Source: Leucoraja ocellata (lineage: Eukaryota). Taken from it: DNA of 64,000 bases. The notes beneath the pieces were generated by a model, which had not been told where the DNA came from, ran no database searches, and saw nothing but the letters and a program-made list of their open reading frames with translations. Position 1 is the stretch's first letter. Each line of letters begins with the position of its first letter. Positions 12,860 through 24,454 of this stretch are shown piece by piece. The stretch is taken from positions 186,001 to 250,000 of the forward strand of contig JAWMAR010000325.1 in assembly GCA_036785375.1 (NCBI GenBank), read 5' to 3'. The position numbers and the translations under genes are program-made.

Positions 12860-13660
12860 AAATGTTAAGAGTGCAGGGGTAGTCATCAACTACAGGATGA
12901 TATTGATCAATTGATAAGATGGACAAAGGAATGGAAGATGGAATTTAATTCTGACATACCTAAGATGATGGGTTTTGGGAAGACTAATAAAGCTAGGACT
13001 TACACAATGAATGATATGCCCTACGGTGTACTGAGGAACAGAGGGAGCTTGGGTGTACAAGACCAAAGAACCCTTAAAGTGGACGTACAAGTAAATATGG
13101 TGGCGAAGCAGGCATTTGGGGCATTTTGTTGGCTAAAGGCATAGAATGTTATAGCATGGTGATTCTGGGGAAACTTTATAAAACATTGGTTAGGCCACAA
13201 CTGGAGTACTGTATAGACTTTTGGTCATCATACTCTATGAATAATATGATTGCATTGGAGAGGGTGCAGTGGGCATTCACCATGACATTTTACTTATGAA
13301 AGGCTGCAGAGGTTGGGTTTGTTCTCCCTAGAGTAGAGGAAGCTGAGGAGGGAAACATTAGAGATATGTTCAATTATGAAAGGCGTAAGCAGGGTACATA
13401 ACAGGAAACATTTCCTCACGACAGATGTATTGAAAATTAGAAAGCATATTTTTAGGATAAGAGGTCAGAGGTTCAGCGAGGATTTGAGGAATAACTTTTT
13501 TTCACACTGAAGCAGGTACTTTCACAATATTTAACTACCTGAATGACCACTTAATCACATAGACACAGAAGTGCTCAAAAATGTAATTACAAAATCAATA
13601 ATTGATGGTTGGTATGGCAGAATGAGCACCTATTGGCACCTATTTCTTCGTTGTGTGGCT
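12860..13660 (+). mobile_element. Degenerate CR1-like LINE RT/3' fragment
   Basis: ORF 12911..13144 WTKEWKMEFNSD...LGVQ; ttaggccacaactggagtactgt (RPQLEYC motif). Confidence 0.75.
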
Positions 13661-14203
13661 TTATAAGAATGGCATAACATTGAAAGTGTCCCAAGTCCTT
13701 CACAAGAAACACAATATCATCCCAATTTCCTGCTTAGTATTTTGCTTATTTGCCTTGTCAATATTCTGTTTGAATACTTCCAGCTAACTTGTGACTCAAT
13801 TTCTCAATTTTTAATTTAATAAATAATTTATGTCACTGTTATTTAATTTGTTGTCGTCAACTTGAATCAAATCATAGTGTAGTTATTGCATTCAAGAATT
13901 TCTCTCCATTTAGATCATCTCCTTGCTTTGAATCATTATGAAGAAACATTGTACATATTGTCCCTGTCCTCAATGGAGTAGCAATTTATTTACTAAGAAA
14001 TAAATCAGCCACAAATGGATAACAAGAAATCAATGTGCTACAACAGAAAGTTTTCACGTATCCAAAATTTCTAAATATTTGAACTCATCTCCAATCAAAA
14101 CATTTTATACACCCATAATTCAAACTACTATAATGCCTACACATACAATAACTACAATTTTAATATTGGAATTCCTGCATCTCAATAATAATTCATACAT
14201 CTA

Positions 14204-14499
14204 CAGGCCATCCCTGGATTACAAACGCCCCACTTATATATATCCGTACATATGAATGAACTCCCATAACATTATTAAATTCAGAAGTCTGACGTAGGTA
14301 CACACGCTTGATCTCTCTTTCCATTTTTAGTAATCTGTCGTCTATATCAGTTTAATGTGCTTTTGACGCCATTCATTACAAAACTGTGAAGGTTTGGTTA
14401 CTATATTAAGTAATTTTTAGGTATTTTCGAGCTTATGGACAAAATTAATTTATGGATACCTGTAAAAATGGAACCCTTTTGTTACCCAGGGATAGCCTG
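14204..14499. mobile_element. Tigger/pogo-like MITE (Tc1/mariner superfamily)
   Basis: TA flanks on both sides; imperfect TIRs CAGGCCATCCCTGGATTACAAA / TTTGTTACCCAGGGATAGCCTG. Confidence 0.75.
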
Positions 14500-14917
14500 T
14501 ACAGCTATGTTGTGGCTCCTGCAAGCATGTTGTAAACACCTGTTATGAACAATTAACACCATGGCTCTGATGGTTTAAGGTCTTGTTGGATATAGATTCA
14601 GCAAAAACACATCAGTTTGTCACCATGGCCTTGATTTAAATAAGGCAGTGAGAACACCAAGGCAAAGGGAGTGTCACACAGTAAGGATCCATTCAGTCAT
14701 GATTTATGAAGACTTTAGTGCAAAATTCACTGGATGGTAAAGAGAAATGGGAAGTTTAAACAATCTTTCCCTTCCTTAATCAAAAACCAACATGCATCAT
14801 TGCACCACCCATCTTCACCTATCACCTTACCCCATCCTCCACCATTCCAATCCATTTGACAGCAATTCTGCTATTGTTCTAATAAAATGCACCTTTCAAT
14901 TCAACCAAATAAAAAGA

Positions 14918-15650
14918 GACAAAGCTGGAAATATTCAGTAAGCTAGGCATTTATAGGTGGGGCGGGGAAAAGATTTGACATTTTGGGACAAGGATTTTTC
15001 AACAGAACAGGGAAAGTGTGGAAACATGCATGTTTTTTCAAAGTTGTAGAGAGGGTAAGGTTGAGAGAAGTAAAATAACGTATTTAATTGGGTGCAGGAA
15101 AGAGTTATCAAATAAATAATCACTTTAACAATTGGCAGTTGGAACAAAATGACACAGAGACAAACCAAAATGGTAAATGGACACAGGAAGGGCCGCCACA
15201 TCTGTGGGGTTAAAAAAAACGTTGATCTTACATTGTTAAGTGTAATATTAAGTTCTGAGGATTGAAGTTGGAAGATGAGGTGCTGTTTCAGTGGGGATTG
15301 TTGCTCCAGCTTTCCACAAATTCTTATAATCCCCAGTTTTATATTGAGTTTAACAATTACAGATAAATCCCTTTTACTAGCAAATATTCTTCTGTGCCAA
15401 TTTGTTGTCTTTCAATTTATCTATTATTTTGTTCCATCAGCTAGTTAAAAATACTATTACCTGTAAGGTATCACATACATTCCCTCAGTTCTCTCTACCT
15501 TCCCTTTCCACACCTCGAAACATGCTTGTCCTCTCACTTTTCTAGCTCTGACAAATGATCCTTGACTCAAAACATTAACTTTCTTTCTCTCCCCACTGAT
15601 GTTCTTTGTCTGCATTTCGCTTTTGTTTCAGATTCCTGGCATCTGCATTT
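14918..15650. mobile_element. Old Penelope-like element with inverted terminal arms
   Basis: Degenerate arm gctggaaatattcagtaagctaggcatt at the left end; reverse arm ctgacaaatgatccttgactcaaaacattaac...ggcatctgca at the right end. Confidence 0.45.
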
Positions 15651-15731
15651 TTTTGCTCGAAAATGAGCCGATACTTATTAAATATGAACTGCAAAGATAT
15701 GCGCACTGAGGAAACTTGAAGCACCTCCTAC

Positions 15732-15894
15732 CCAAGATGTGGGCCTCCATTCATCAAGTCAAACACCTGAGCCGGGTTCAGTAACTGCTTGAATCTCCTC
15801 AAGAACTTCACCCCTTGATTATCTCCACTCTTCGAATTCACAAAGACCAGAAGGGGACTCGTACAGGATGGTGGGCATGTTGCTTTCCAAAATC
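15732..15894 (-). CDS. DGKD: DGKD exon ~9 (catalytic domain start) [55 protein letters not shown]
   Basis: 163 nt, tag|GA...CTT GG|gtagga, phase 1-2; DAGKc motif [11 protein letters not shown]. Confidence 0.97.
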
Positions 15895-16150
15895 CTAGAG
15901 AACAGTATTGTGAACAGAATGTTACTGAATTAGTTGTGCTCCAGGTTACTCACTCAAAGAGGCGCTTATAGCATTTTCATGACCATAACCCTTCAACCTT
16001 CCATCCCTGCCGCTCTGGTTCCTAATATCTCTAACACTGTTTAACTTGTAACTCTGGATTACTGTTACTTTTTCCACCTTGTTAAGTTAGATGTTATTGT
16101 TAATAAATGTAGCATGAAGGGCATGTATGTATTTGTCATCCGAGCAGACA

Positions 16151-17444
16151 CAGTGCATTCAGAAAGTATTCAGACCCCTTCACTTTTTTCACATTTTGTT
16201 ACGTTAAAGCCTTATTTTGAAATGGATTAAATTCTTTTTTTTTTAAACATCAATCTACACACAATTCCTGAGAATGAAGAAGCGAAAACAGGTGTTTAGA
16301 AATTTTTGCAAAGTAATTCAAAAGAAATAACTGAAATATCACATTTACATCAGTATTCAGACCCTTTGCTATGACACTCAAAATTGAGTTTAGGTTCATC
16401 CTGTTTCCATTGATTATCCTTGAGATGTTTCTACAACTTAATTGGAGTCCACCAGTGGTAAATTAAATTGAACCCGATGGTCACTCTGACAGAGTTCCTT
16501 TGTGGAGATGGGAGAACCTTCCAGAAGGACAACTAAATCTGCAACGCTCCACCAATCAGGCCTTTATGGTAGAGTGATCAGACGGAAGCCACTCCACAGT
16601 AAAATACACATGACAGCCCACTTGGAGTTTGCCAAAGGGCATGAAAAACAAGATTCTCTGGTCTGATGAAACCAAGATTGAACTCTTTGGCCTGAATGCC
16701 AAGTGTCACGTCTGGAGGAAACCAGGAAAAGCTCATCACATGGCCAATACCATACCTATGGTGAAGCATGGTGATGGCAGCATCATGCTGTGGGGATGTT
16801 TTTCAGTGGCAGGAACTGGGAGACTATTCAGGATCGAGGGAAACATGAATGGAGCAAAGTACAGAGAGATCCTTGATGAAAACCTGCTCCAGAGCGTTCT
16901 GGACCTCACACTGGGGCGGAAGTTCACCTTCCAACAGGACAACGACCCTAAGCACACAGCCAAGACAACGCAGGAGTGGCTTTGTGACAAGTTTGTTAAT
17001 GTCCTTGAGTCGCCCATTCAGAGCCTGGACTTGAAACCGATCGAACATCTCTGGAGGGACATGAAAATAACTGGGCAGTGACGCTCCCCATCAAACCTGA
17101 CTGAGATTGAGAGGATCTGCAGAGAAGAATGGCCGAAATGACCCAAATACAGATGTGCCAAGCTTGTTACACAAGAAGACTTGGGGTTGTAATTGCTGCC
17201 AAAGGTCCTTCAACAAAGTATTGAGTAAAGGGTCTGAATACTTATGTACATGTGATATTCCAGTTAATTCTTTTTAATTACTTTGCAAACATTTCTAAAC
17301 ACCTGTTTTCAATTTATTTATGATGGGGTACTGTGTGTAGATTGATGATTTAAAAAAAAAGAATTTAATTCATTTTAGAATAAGGCTGTAGCTTAACAAA
17401 ATGTGGAAAAGGTGAAGGGGTCTGAATACTCTCTGAATGCACTG
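16151..17444 (+). mobile_element. Tc1-like DNA transposon (IR/DR type, DD34E), internally deleted and defective
   Basis: ~215-bp TIRs starting CAGTGCATTCAGAAAGTATTCAGACCCCTT, with inner direct repeats; TA on the right flank, CA on the left; ORF 16629..17081 has WSDE, QDNDPKH and DLKPIEHLW with 34 residues between D and E. Confidence 0.95.
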
Positions 17445-18088
17445 TACCTGTTGCTCCACTCAGTTGACAGCAATAAGATGGACATTACAAGAGTGGAAGA
17501 GTTATGGATTGCCACAGCATCCTTAACCATAGTTATAGCATCATATTTTACAAGCCATCCCCTCTCGCCCATACAAAGCTATTCAGATACTCTCCCAGAT
17601 CTTCTAACAGATACTCATACTTTTTTTTTCGAGTATCTGCAAATGTCTGCAGACTCAAGAGCCATTCACACTCTCACACAGTCACTCACAAACTGTCTCC
17701 AAATAATTTCTCACAACCAAGATTGATCTTTTTCCAGACTCACTTACAGTCACACCCTCAACTGCTCAAACCTAATCACAAACTATCCTAAACTCTCTCT
17801 TATTTACTCCCACAAGACAACAGTCAGCTATAAACTCTCTTTCATGCAGTCCAAAAACAGTTTTGCATAGCTTCACAAGGTCTTTCTGACTTGCACTCAA
17901 ATATGTCATCCATTGCTATAATCACAAATAATTTCTCAACCATGTACAGTTCCAGGAAACCTTATGGTCAAATATTTATTATTATAAGTCTTATATTGAT
18001 TTTATGCTACTTATTAGCTTTAGTTAGCACTATGCATATAGACAATCAGCTCTTTGAACAGCAACTAGAGATAAGGACTACAACTCAC

Positions 18089-18191
18089 CATCAGAGTCTA
18101 TACTGTTGAGTGCAGTTGGAGGAATAACAGAAACTTTACACTGCCCCAAAGGACATTTGATGGAAAGCATGTCTTTACAAGCTGTGTGCAC
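18089..18191 (-). CDS. DGKD: DGKD exon ~8 [34 protein letters not shown]
   Basis: 103 nt, cag|GTG...GAT G|gtgagt, phase 0-1. Confidence 0.96.
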
Positions 18192-18279
18192 CTGTAGATA
18201 ATGAATATTACATAGAAATTAGCAATCAATGCTCCACACAGGTGGAGTGTATATGAACACACGAGAAGTAAATAGAACA

Positions 18280-18569
18280 CTGATTTAGAGATACAGCATT
18301 GAAACAGGACCTTCAGGTCACCGAGTCCACGGCGACCATCTATCACCTGTTGACTGGTTCCATATTATCCCACTTTCTCACTCCCTACATAACAGGGACA
18401 ATTTGTCTAGGCCAATTGACCTACAAACCCGCACATCTTTCGGATGTGGTAAGAAACCTGCGGATCCAGAGGATCACAGGAATAACATGCAAACTCCGGA
18501 CTGACAGCACCCGAGGTCACAACCGAACTCGAGTTTCTGGTGCTCTACCAGCTGCGCCACTGTGCCACC
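18280..18569 (-). mobile_element. HE1/V-SINE-like SINE
   Basis: Reverse complement of the family at 9795 (tttagagatacagc...aaactcc...gacagcaccc...gcgccactgtgcc). Confidence 0.75.
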
Positions 18570-19024
18570 TGAAAGCTTTCTCATAAAGCATTCTTTACTC
18601 TGCAAACGTAATGGAGGACATTCGTAATGCGTGCACGCAATTGCCACCTGCAAAATTCCAATTTAACCAGGATGATTTAATTCACTTTCCCTGTATACTG
18701 AGGCAACCAAGACACAAGTTAATTCAACAACCTAAATACTTCGAAAATTTCAAATACACCTGGTCAATTTGAAATCAACTACAAGATGTCAACATATACA
18801 TCATGTACATATTGTTATGTATAAAATTCACTGAATATTAAAAGTACATTTTTCAAGTGTACAGTACAAACATTTCAGTCTATCCCAACTACAAGCCGAT
18901 TTCCTACTAAACAAGGCACTGTTTCATTACTGTATGTAGGACACTGGGTCTGAGGCAGGTAAAATCTGCAACCAGATTGATTGATATTGATTATGTAGTT
19001 CATCAAGGCTAAATTACTAACTTA

Positions 19025-19351
19025 AGGGCCTGTCCCACTGTACAAGGTAATTCAAGAGCCCTCCCAAGTTAAAAAAAAATCAAACTCGTGGTAAGTACGT
19101 AGAATGTACGTAGCGGCTACGTCGGAGCTCGTGGATGTCTCGTAGCGGCTCGTAATGCTAACGGCAGGTACTCAGGAAACGCGGAAACTCGTGAAGCTGT
19201 GATAAATGTCCATGGGTTCCTACGAAAATGGTTCGTAGGTACCCAGAGAGCCCTGAGTATCTACGAACGGCTATTACCGTAATTCTCCGAGTTCGAATCA
19301 GGGGAAGCTCGGGAGAACTCTTGAATTACCTCGTACAGTGGGACAGGTCCT
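19025..19351. mobile_element. PIF/Harbinger-like MITE, CpG-rich
   Basis: ~40-bp TIRs AGGGCCTGTCCCACTGTACAAGGTAATTCAAGAG / CTCTTGAATTACCTCGTACAGTGGGACAGGTCCT, TA-containing flanks. Confidence 0.8.
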
Positions 19352-19767
19352 TAAGACTTGAATAGTTGGGACTATAGTAAGACACATTTGGGGTGGGGAG
19401 ACGAGGAGCAGGGAGGGTCAGTAGAGCAAAGATAGCGATTGGTGAGCTGGCATAAGGAAGGGCAATGAGAATTCAATGCAAATGGAAGCTAAGTTTATGA
19501 AGACAATTGGTTGGATTAAGATAAATTTGTGTAGATAGGGAGCAGAGGTAAGAGAGGGGAACTAATTTCTATCAGACAAATGTGAAATGTTCACAGATTA
19601 AAAGTAAAAATCCTATTTTTATCTTTTCAATTTGTTAGGCTTTAAAATGTAAAGCCTCTACTGGGCTCACTTAACTCCAAATGTAAGAAATCAACAGGAA
19701 ATGTAATTAATTGCAAAGGTATTAGGATCTTGCTCTGATTTACAACATAGTAAAATGACATACTCAC

Positions 19768-19893
19768 CATCGCCTTACACCACAGGCATCGCCAATCCTG
19801 CAGGCGCAACACACTTCCACACGTCTTGTCACAGACAGTACATTTTGCACTGACAGGCAAGTTACCTTCTAACCACTGGTGTGGCATTGAGAC
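19768..19893 (-). CDS. DGKD: DGKD exon ~7 (C1B) [42 protein letters not shown]
   Basis: 126 nt, tag|GTC...ATG|gtgagt, phase 0-0; in ORF 19642..19887. Confidence 0.97.
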
Positions 19894-20518
19894 CTAAATA
19901 AAACAGAATCACGATACAAAATAACCGCCAATGACAGCTATGTAGCAAAAATAGAACACAAATCAAACTACCACAGTAGCACAGACATAACCCGATTGAA
20001 AAACAGCTGGAACAGATCCCATCAAAAATGAATCATAGAAATCTTAACTAAAGGGTTCAGCTCGTATCAAGAGTATTTAAAAACAGAGCGGAAACCAGCC
20101 CAGACCTGTTAAATTATTATTTAATTTCTCGTCAGTGGTGTAATTCCATCAGATCTTTGGGGATATGTGAAGTAATAGAGTATCCTTATAATAATCAAAA
20201 TTCAGATTTTAAATTAACAATTAACTAAGCCTTAATGTCGTGTGTAGAAGAAATCAAATTTTCAATTCTAATTTTGTCATATCATTCTTGACATCCCAGC
20301 TAACTAAAATAATTTCCATTTTCCTTTCTGTTCGGCTCAGTACCTTAATACCTGGAGACTGTACGCAAATTAACATTTAAAGTTGTAAACTGCAAATAGT
20401 ATAAGGTATAATTCTAATAAACCAATGCTGCATTCTCCCCAAAATGAATACATATTTTTCCCCAAGATATGTGGGTTAGTAGATCTGCTTACAGACTCTG
20501 CCTATGGATTAACTAGGA

Positions 20519-20790
20519 TCAGCACAATGGCACAGCTACTGCCTCACAGCGCTAGAGACCTGGGTTCGATCCTGACCTCGGTACCATCTGTGTGCTCATA
20601 CTCTGTGTGTCTGCGTGGGTTCCTAAAGATGTGCAGATTTGTAGGTTAATTGGCCTCTGTAAATTGTCCCGAGTGTGTTAGGCATGAATGAGAAATTGGG
20701 ATAACTAGAAGTAGTGTAAACGGTTATCGATGGTTGATGTGGACTCAGTGGGCCGAAGGACCTATTTTTATGCTGTATCTCTAAACAAAA
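20519..20790 (+). mobile_element. HE1/V-SINE-like SINE
   Basis: B-box gggttcgatcc; tail gggccgaagg...ctgtatctctaaac. Confidence 0.75.
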
Positions 20791-21525
20791 TTAACCAGAT
20801 TTTTGGAGCTGTAGCAGTACCTGTACTTCTATGCCCTTGTAATCCAGTCTTGTAGATTTAAAGGAGAGCACACAATAGCTTTTAATTTCTTATCTCCTCA
20901 TTGAATTTTAATGATCAATGGATATCAACTTCGCTCTAAATTTCCACTACTTTTGGTTTATCACAAGATAGAAAGCACTCTGATTTTAGATTCAAAGTGG
21001 ATGACCTCACATTTTTATCTTAAAATTAATTTCCTACTGCTTTACCTGTTAATGCATTAAAACTCACTGAACTTTTATAATGTAATGCTTGTATCCACAC
21101 TGCTTTGGTAATTTACACACATATTCTATTTTATCATCTAAGATGTTTATAAATATGGTGAATTAATGAAAGTTCAACCAAAATCTTTGCAGTGTATCAC
21201 TTGTCATATCCTATCAATCTATGTGTTTGCTAATCTATGTGGCCTGCCAATTATCTCTACTTTTATCTATTTAGATACAGTCATTTTCTGTACAGGTTAA
21301 CAATTTCCTTTAATTTCTGTGAGCATTAACTAAAGTTAACAGTCTCTATAGAAGGCATTTGATGAAGTTTCTCATGTTCAGATAAGTAACATCCACAGCA
21401 AATCCCTGCCCACTCCCTTTATCACTTCTTGAAAAATTCAATCAGTTTCAACAGCCATGTCCTATTCTTTATAAAATTGCCCTGGCTTTCTATGACAAAC
21501 TTACATTTTTCAATGTGTCGAACTA

Positions 21526-21765
21526 AAGGGCCTGTCCCACTTTCACAACCTAATTCACGACCTCTGCCGAGTTTGCCCTTGACTCATACTCGCAGCATGG
21601 TCATCACGAGGTTGTAGGAGGTCGTAGGTAGGTCATAGCCGGCCGTGATGCTAGTTGTAGGTACTCGTGGCATCAAGTAGGCCAGGGTGTTTTTTCTAGC
21701 ATGATGAAAAATGGCCACGAGTAAAAAAGGTCGTGAATTAGGTCGTGAAAGTGGGACAGGCCCTT
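21526..21765. mobile_element. PIF/Harbinger-like MITE (related subfamily)
   Basis: TIRs AAGGGCCTGTCCCACTTTCACAACCTAATTCACGACC / GGTCGTGAATTAGGTCGTGAAAGTGGGACAGGCCCTT, TA on both flanks. Confidence 0.8.
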
Positions 21766-21987
21766 TACATTATTTCTGGGGACTATAATAGTCCCAAGAC
21801 ATTTCCAACCTACAAAAGTACTGATAACTAGTCTGTAATTCCCTGATTTACTTATTTTACCTCTTTTAAATAACTAGATGACATACCAATTTTTCCAATG
21901 TAAATTAACAGTTCCTGAATTATAGGCAGAGCACCTGCAACGTTCTCAACTACACTTAAAATCTTGGAATGGGATTTGAAACGTTTA

Positions 21988-22573
21988 TGGCCCTATCCCA
22001 TGGTACGAGTTCATTCCAAGAGCTCTCCCGAGTTTGCCCTGATTCGAACTCAGAGATTTACATTAATGGCAGCTCGTCGGTACTCGGGGCTCTCGAACCA
22101 GGTTCAGGAAAAGCTACTTCCCCACAGCCATCAGGCTATTAAACTTGGCTTGGTCAAAACTCTGAACATTAATAGCCCATTATCTGTTATTGCACTTCAT
22201 CAGTTTATTTATTCATGTGTGTATATATTTATATAATGGCATATGGACACACTGATCTGTTTTGTAGTCAATGCCTACTATGTTCTGTTGTGCTGAAGCA
22301 AAGCAAGAATTTAATTGTCCTATCAGGGACACATGACAAACTGTCTTGAATCTTGAATCGTGGACATGTTGAAAAATCTTCACGAGTCTTCCCGAACTTA
22401 CCTGCTATTAGCGAGTCTCCCCAAGTACCTGCCGTTAGCGTTACGAGCTGCTAAGAGACGTCCCCAAGCTCTGACGTACCCGCTACGTTCATTCTCCGTG
22501 CTTACCACGAATTGGATTTTTTTTAATACTCGGAAGAGCTCTTGGAATGAACTTGTACCGTGTGACAGGGCCA
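21988..22573. mobile_element. PIF/Harbinger-like MITE (same family as 19025-19351, opposite orientation), interrupted by a LINE fragment
   Basis: TIRs TGGCCCTATCCCATGGTACGAGTTCATTCCAAGAGCTC / GAGCTCTTGGAATGAACTTGTACCGTGTGACAGGGCCA; interior matches the reverse complement of the 19-kb copy. Confidence 0.8.
22096..22357 (+). mobile_element. Rex/Babar-like LINE 3' end nested in the MITE
   Basis: accaggttcaggaaaagctacttccccacagccatcaggcta (TRFRKSYFPTAIRL), (TCTTGAA)2 tail. Confidence 0.7.
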
Positions 22574-22761
22574 ATAGCATCATAAGATTCTGTTTCGTGC
22601 TTCTATTAGTTACAGTAATCTTGATGAGTCTTTGGTCGTGTTTCTTTTTTCCAGGATATCCTGGATGGTATATTGAGCTTTCTTAACAATAACAAATAAC
22701 AATTATTCAACCTACCATTTGCTTCTTCTCATTGATAGAATCACTAGTATACTTTATAAAG

Positions 22762-23084
22762 AGGGGATAGAGCCTTTTCTGTTGCTGCACCGGCACTCTG
22801 GAACACCTTGCCGCTGCAGATCAGACAGGCCCCTTCACTGTCCATCTTTAAATCCTCCCTAAAAACGCACTTTTATTCACTGGCTTTCGACACTGGCTGA
22901 GACATTGTTCCTGTTTTAGTGCTTTTAATGTCTTTTAATTTTTTACTGTTTTTATAGTCCTGTCGTCTTAATGATTTTAGTAATTTGTGATAACTTTTTG
23001 TGATTTCCCATGTACAGCACTTTGTGGTAACTGATGTTGCCTAAAAGTGCTTTATAAATAAAGTTATTATTATTATTATTATTA
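22762..23084 (+). mobile_element. L2-like LINE 3' end with (ATT)n tail
   Basis: RAFSVAAPALWNTLP...FKSSLKTHFYSLAF-type C-terminus; cagcactttg...aaagtgctttataaataaag; TSD TTATAAAG. Confidence 0.8.
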
Positions 23085-23164
23085 TTATAAAGTATACTAG
23101 CGAACTTCCTATTTTCCTACAATTGTAACTGTCAAGAAACTGGCACAGATCTGAGTGAAAGAAA

Positions 23165-24010
23165 TCAATAACTAGCACCCAACTGGACTAAATGACTAGC
23201 ATATATCCCAGCTAATGGACTAGCACAGTCACCCACTAAATGACTAGCATACACCATGACTCAAAAGGACCAGCACAGACCCAGGCTAAAAGGACCAGCA
23301 CATATTCAGTCTAAAAGGACCAGCACAAAGGCAAAAATAAATAAATCATTGCAGACCAAGGTTTAAAAAGAAATTACTGCAGACACAAGCTAAAAGGACT
23401 ACCACAGACCCAGGCTTAAAAATATCACAAAACCGGTGAGGAGAACTACAACGGACCCAGATTAAAAGGACCAGCACAGTTACCAGCCAAAGAACCGGCA
23501 CAGACTGAGCCAATGAACCAGCAAAGACACCAATTGATTTTCAGCATTTATCCTAGTTAAAGTACACAGCAGCAATGCAGGAAGAAGCTGCCAGCTTCAT
23601 AGAACTAATTCAGATGAACTAAAAGATGCATAGATTCCTGCATAAGGGACCAGATACGATCCCAACTATGAACTCAATTAAATGCTGCAGAATTGTTGAC
23701 ACAAAAGGGCCAGCAGAAATCCCAGCATCTTAGGACCTGTACCAATCTCTGCATAAATGACTTTTGATTTGTCGTGCAAGAGTTAAGCACAGATCCCAGC
23801 TAAAAGATTTGTAGAGATCTCAATTAAATGATGCAATTAAGTCTACAAACACTGAAGTAATATGAACCAGTGCAGCTCTCAACATAAAGGCATCAGGTCT
23901 ATGCAGCAAATAAAATCAATGGATATTGTTAAAAGGTTTATGTGGTGATTTGTACAGTGGTGAGCAAGTAAGCAGAACAGACCCCAGCATAGATGACTGG
24001 CATACAGCCA
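23165..24010. repeat. Degenerate ~24-25 bp minisatellite (consensus approximately AAAAGGACCAGCACAGACCCAGGCT)
   Basis: Recurrent gac(t/c)agcaca at 24-26 bp spacing, decaying towards 24 kb. Confidence 0.75.
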
Positions 24011-24454
24011 GAAATGGCTTCACTGCCTCAACTATTCACTCAGCTGCAGCAATGAAAAAAAAAGAAAGTGTAAAAAATTGCAAAGTTCAACGTACGTAGG
24101 TGAGCAAGTAAACTTTAATGGAAGCAAAGGATGAAACTTATCGCCATCTCATAATTGCAACATTGGCAAAGACTTCCTCTGGCACTGTCAAAAAAACTGA
24201 ATGAACGGAACAGGGAAATAATTCAATGCTTGTAAAAGCATCAATGTAAATTAATATCCTCCTTAGTTCAATTGAAGCATCTGGTGAGATCCTGTCAGTA
24301 CAAATGCTATTGAGAACACTGGAGGATATAATCTCGGCTGACATATCAGTGCTATAGTGATGGAGTGCTGCATAGTGAGGTGTTATGATTTAGATAATAT
24401 TTAAAACACAAAAGCTGCTTATTCGGTTTGATGTTAAAAAAACCCAAAAGCACA

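Noticed and set aside
23165-23560. CRISPR-like repeat/spacer appearance
   Set aside because: Repeats are short and degenerate, the spacers are similar to one another, there are no cas genes, and the context is a vertebrate intron; it is a minisatellite.
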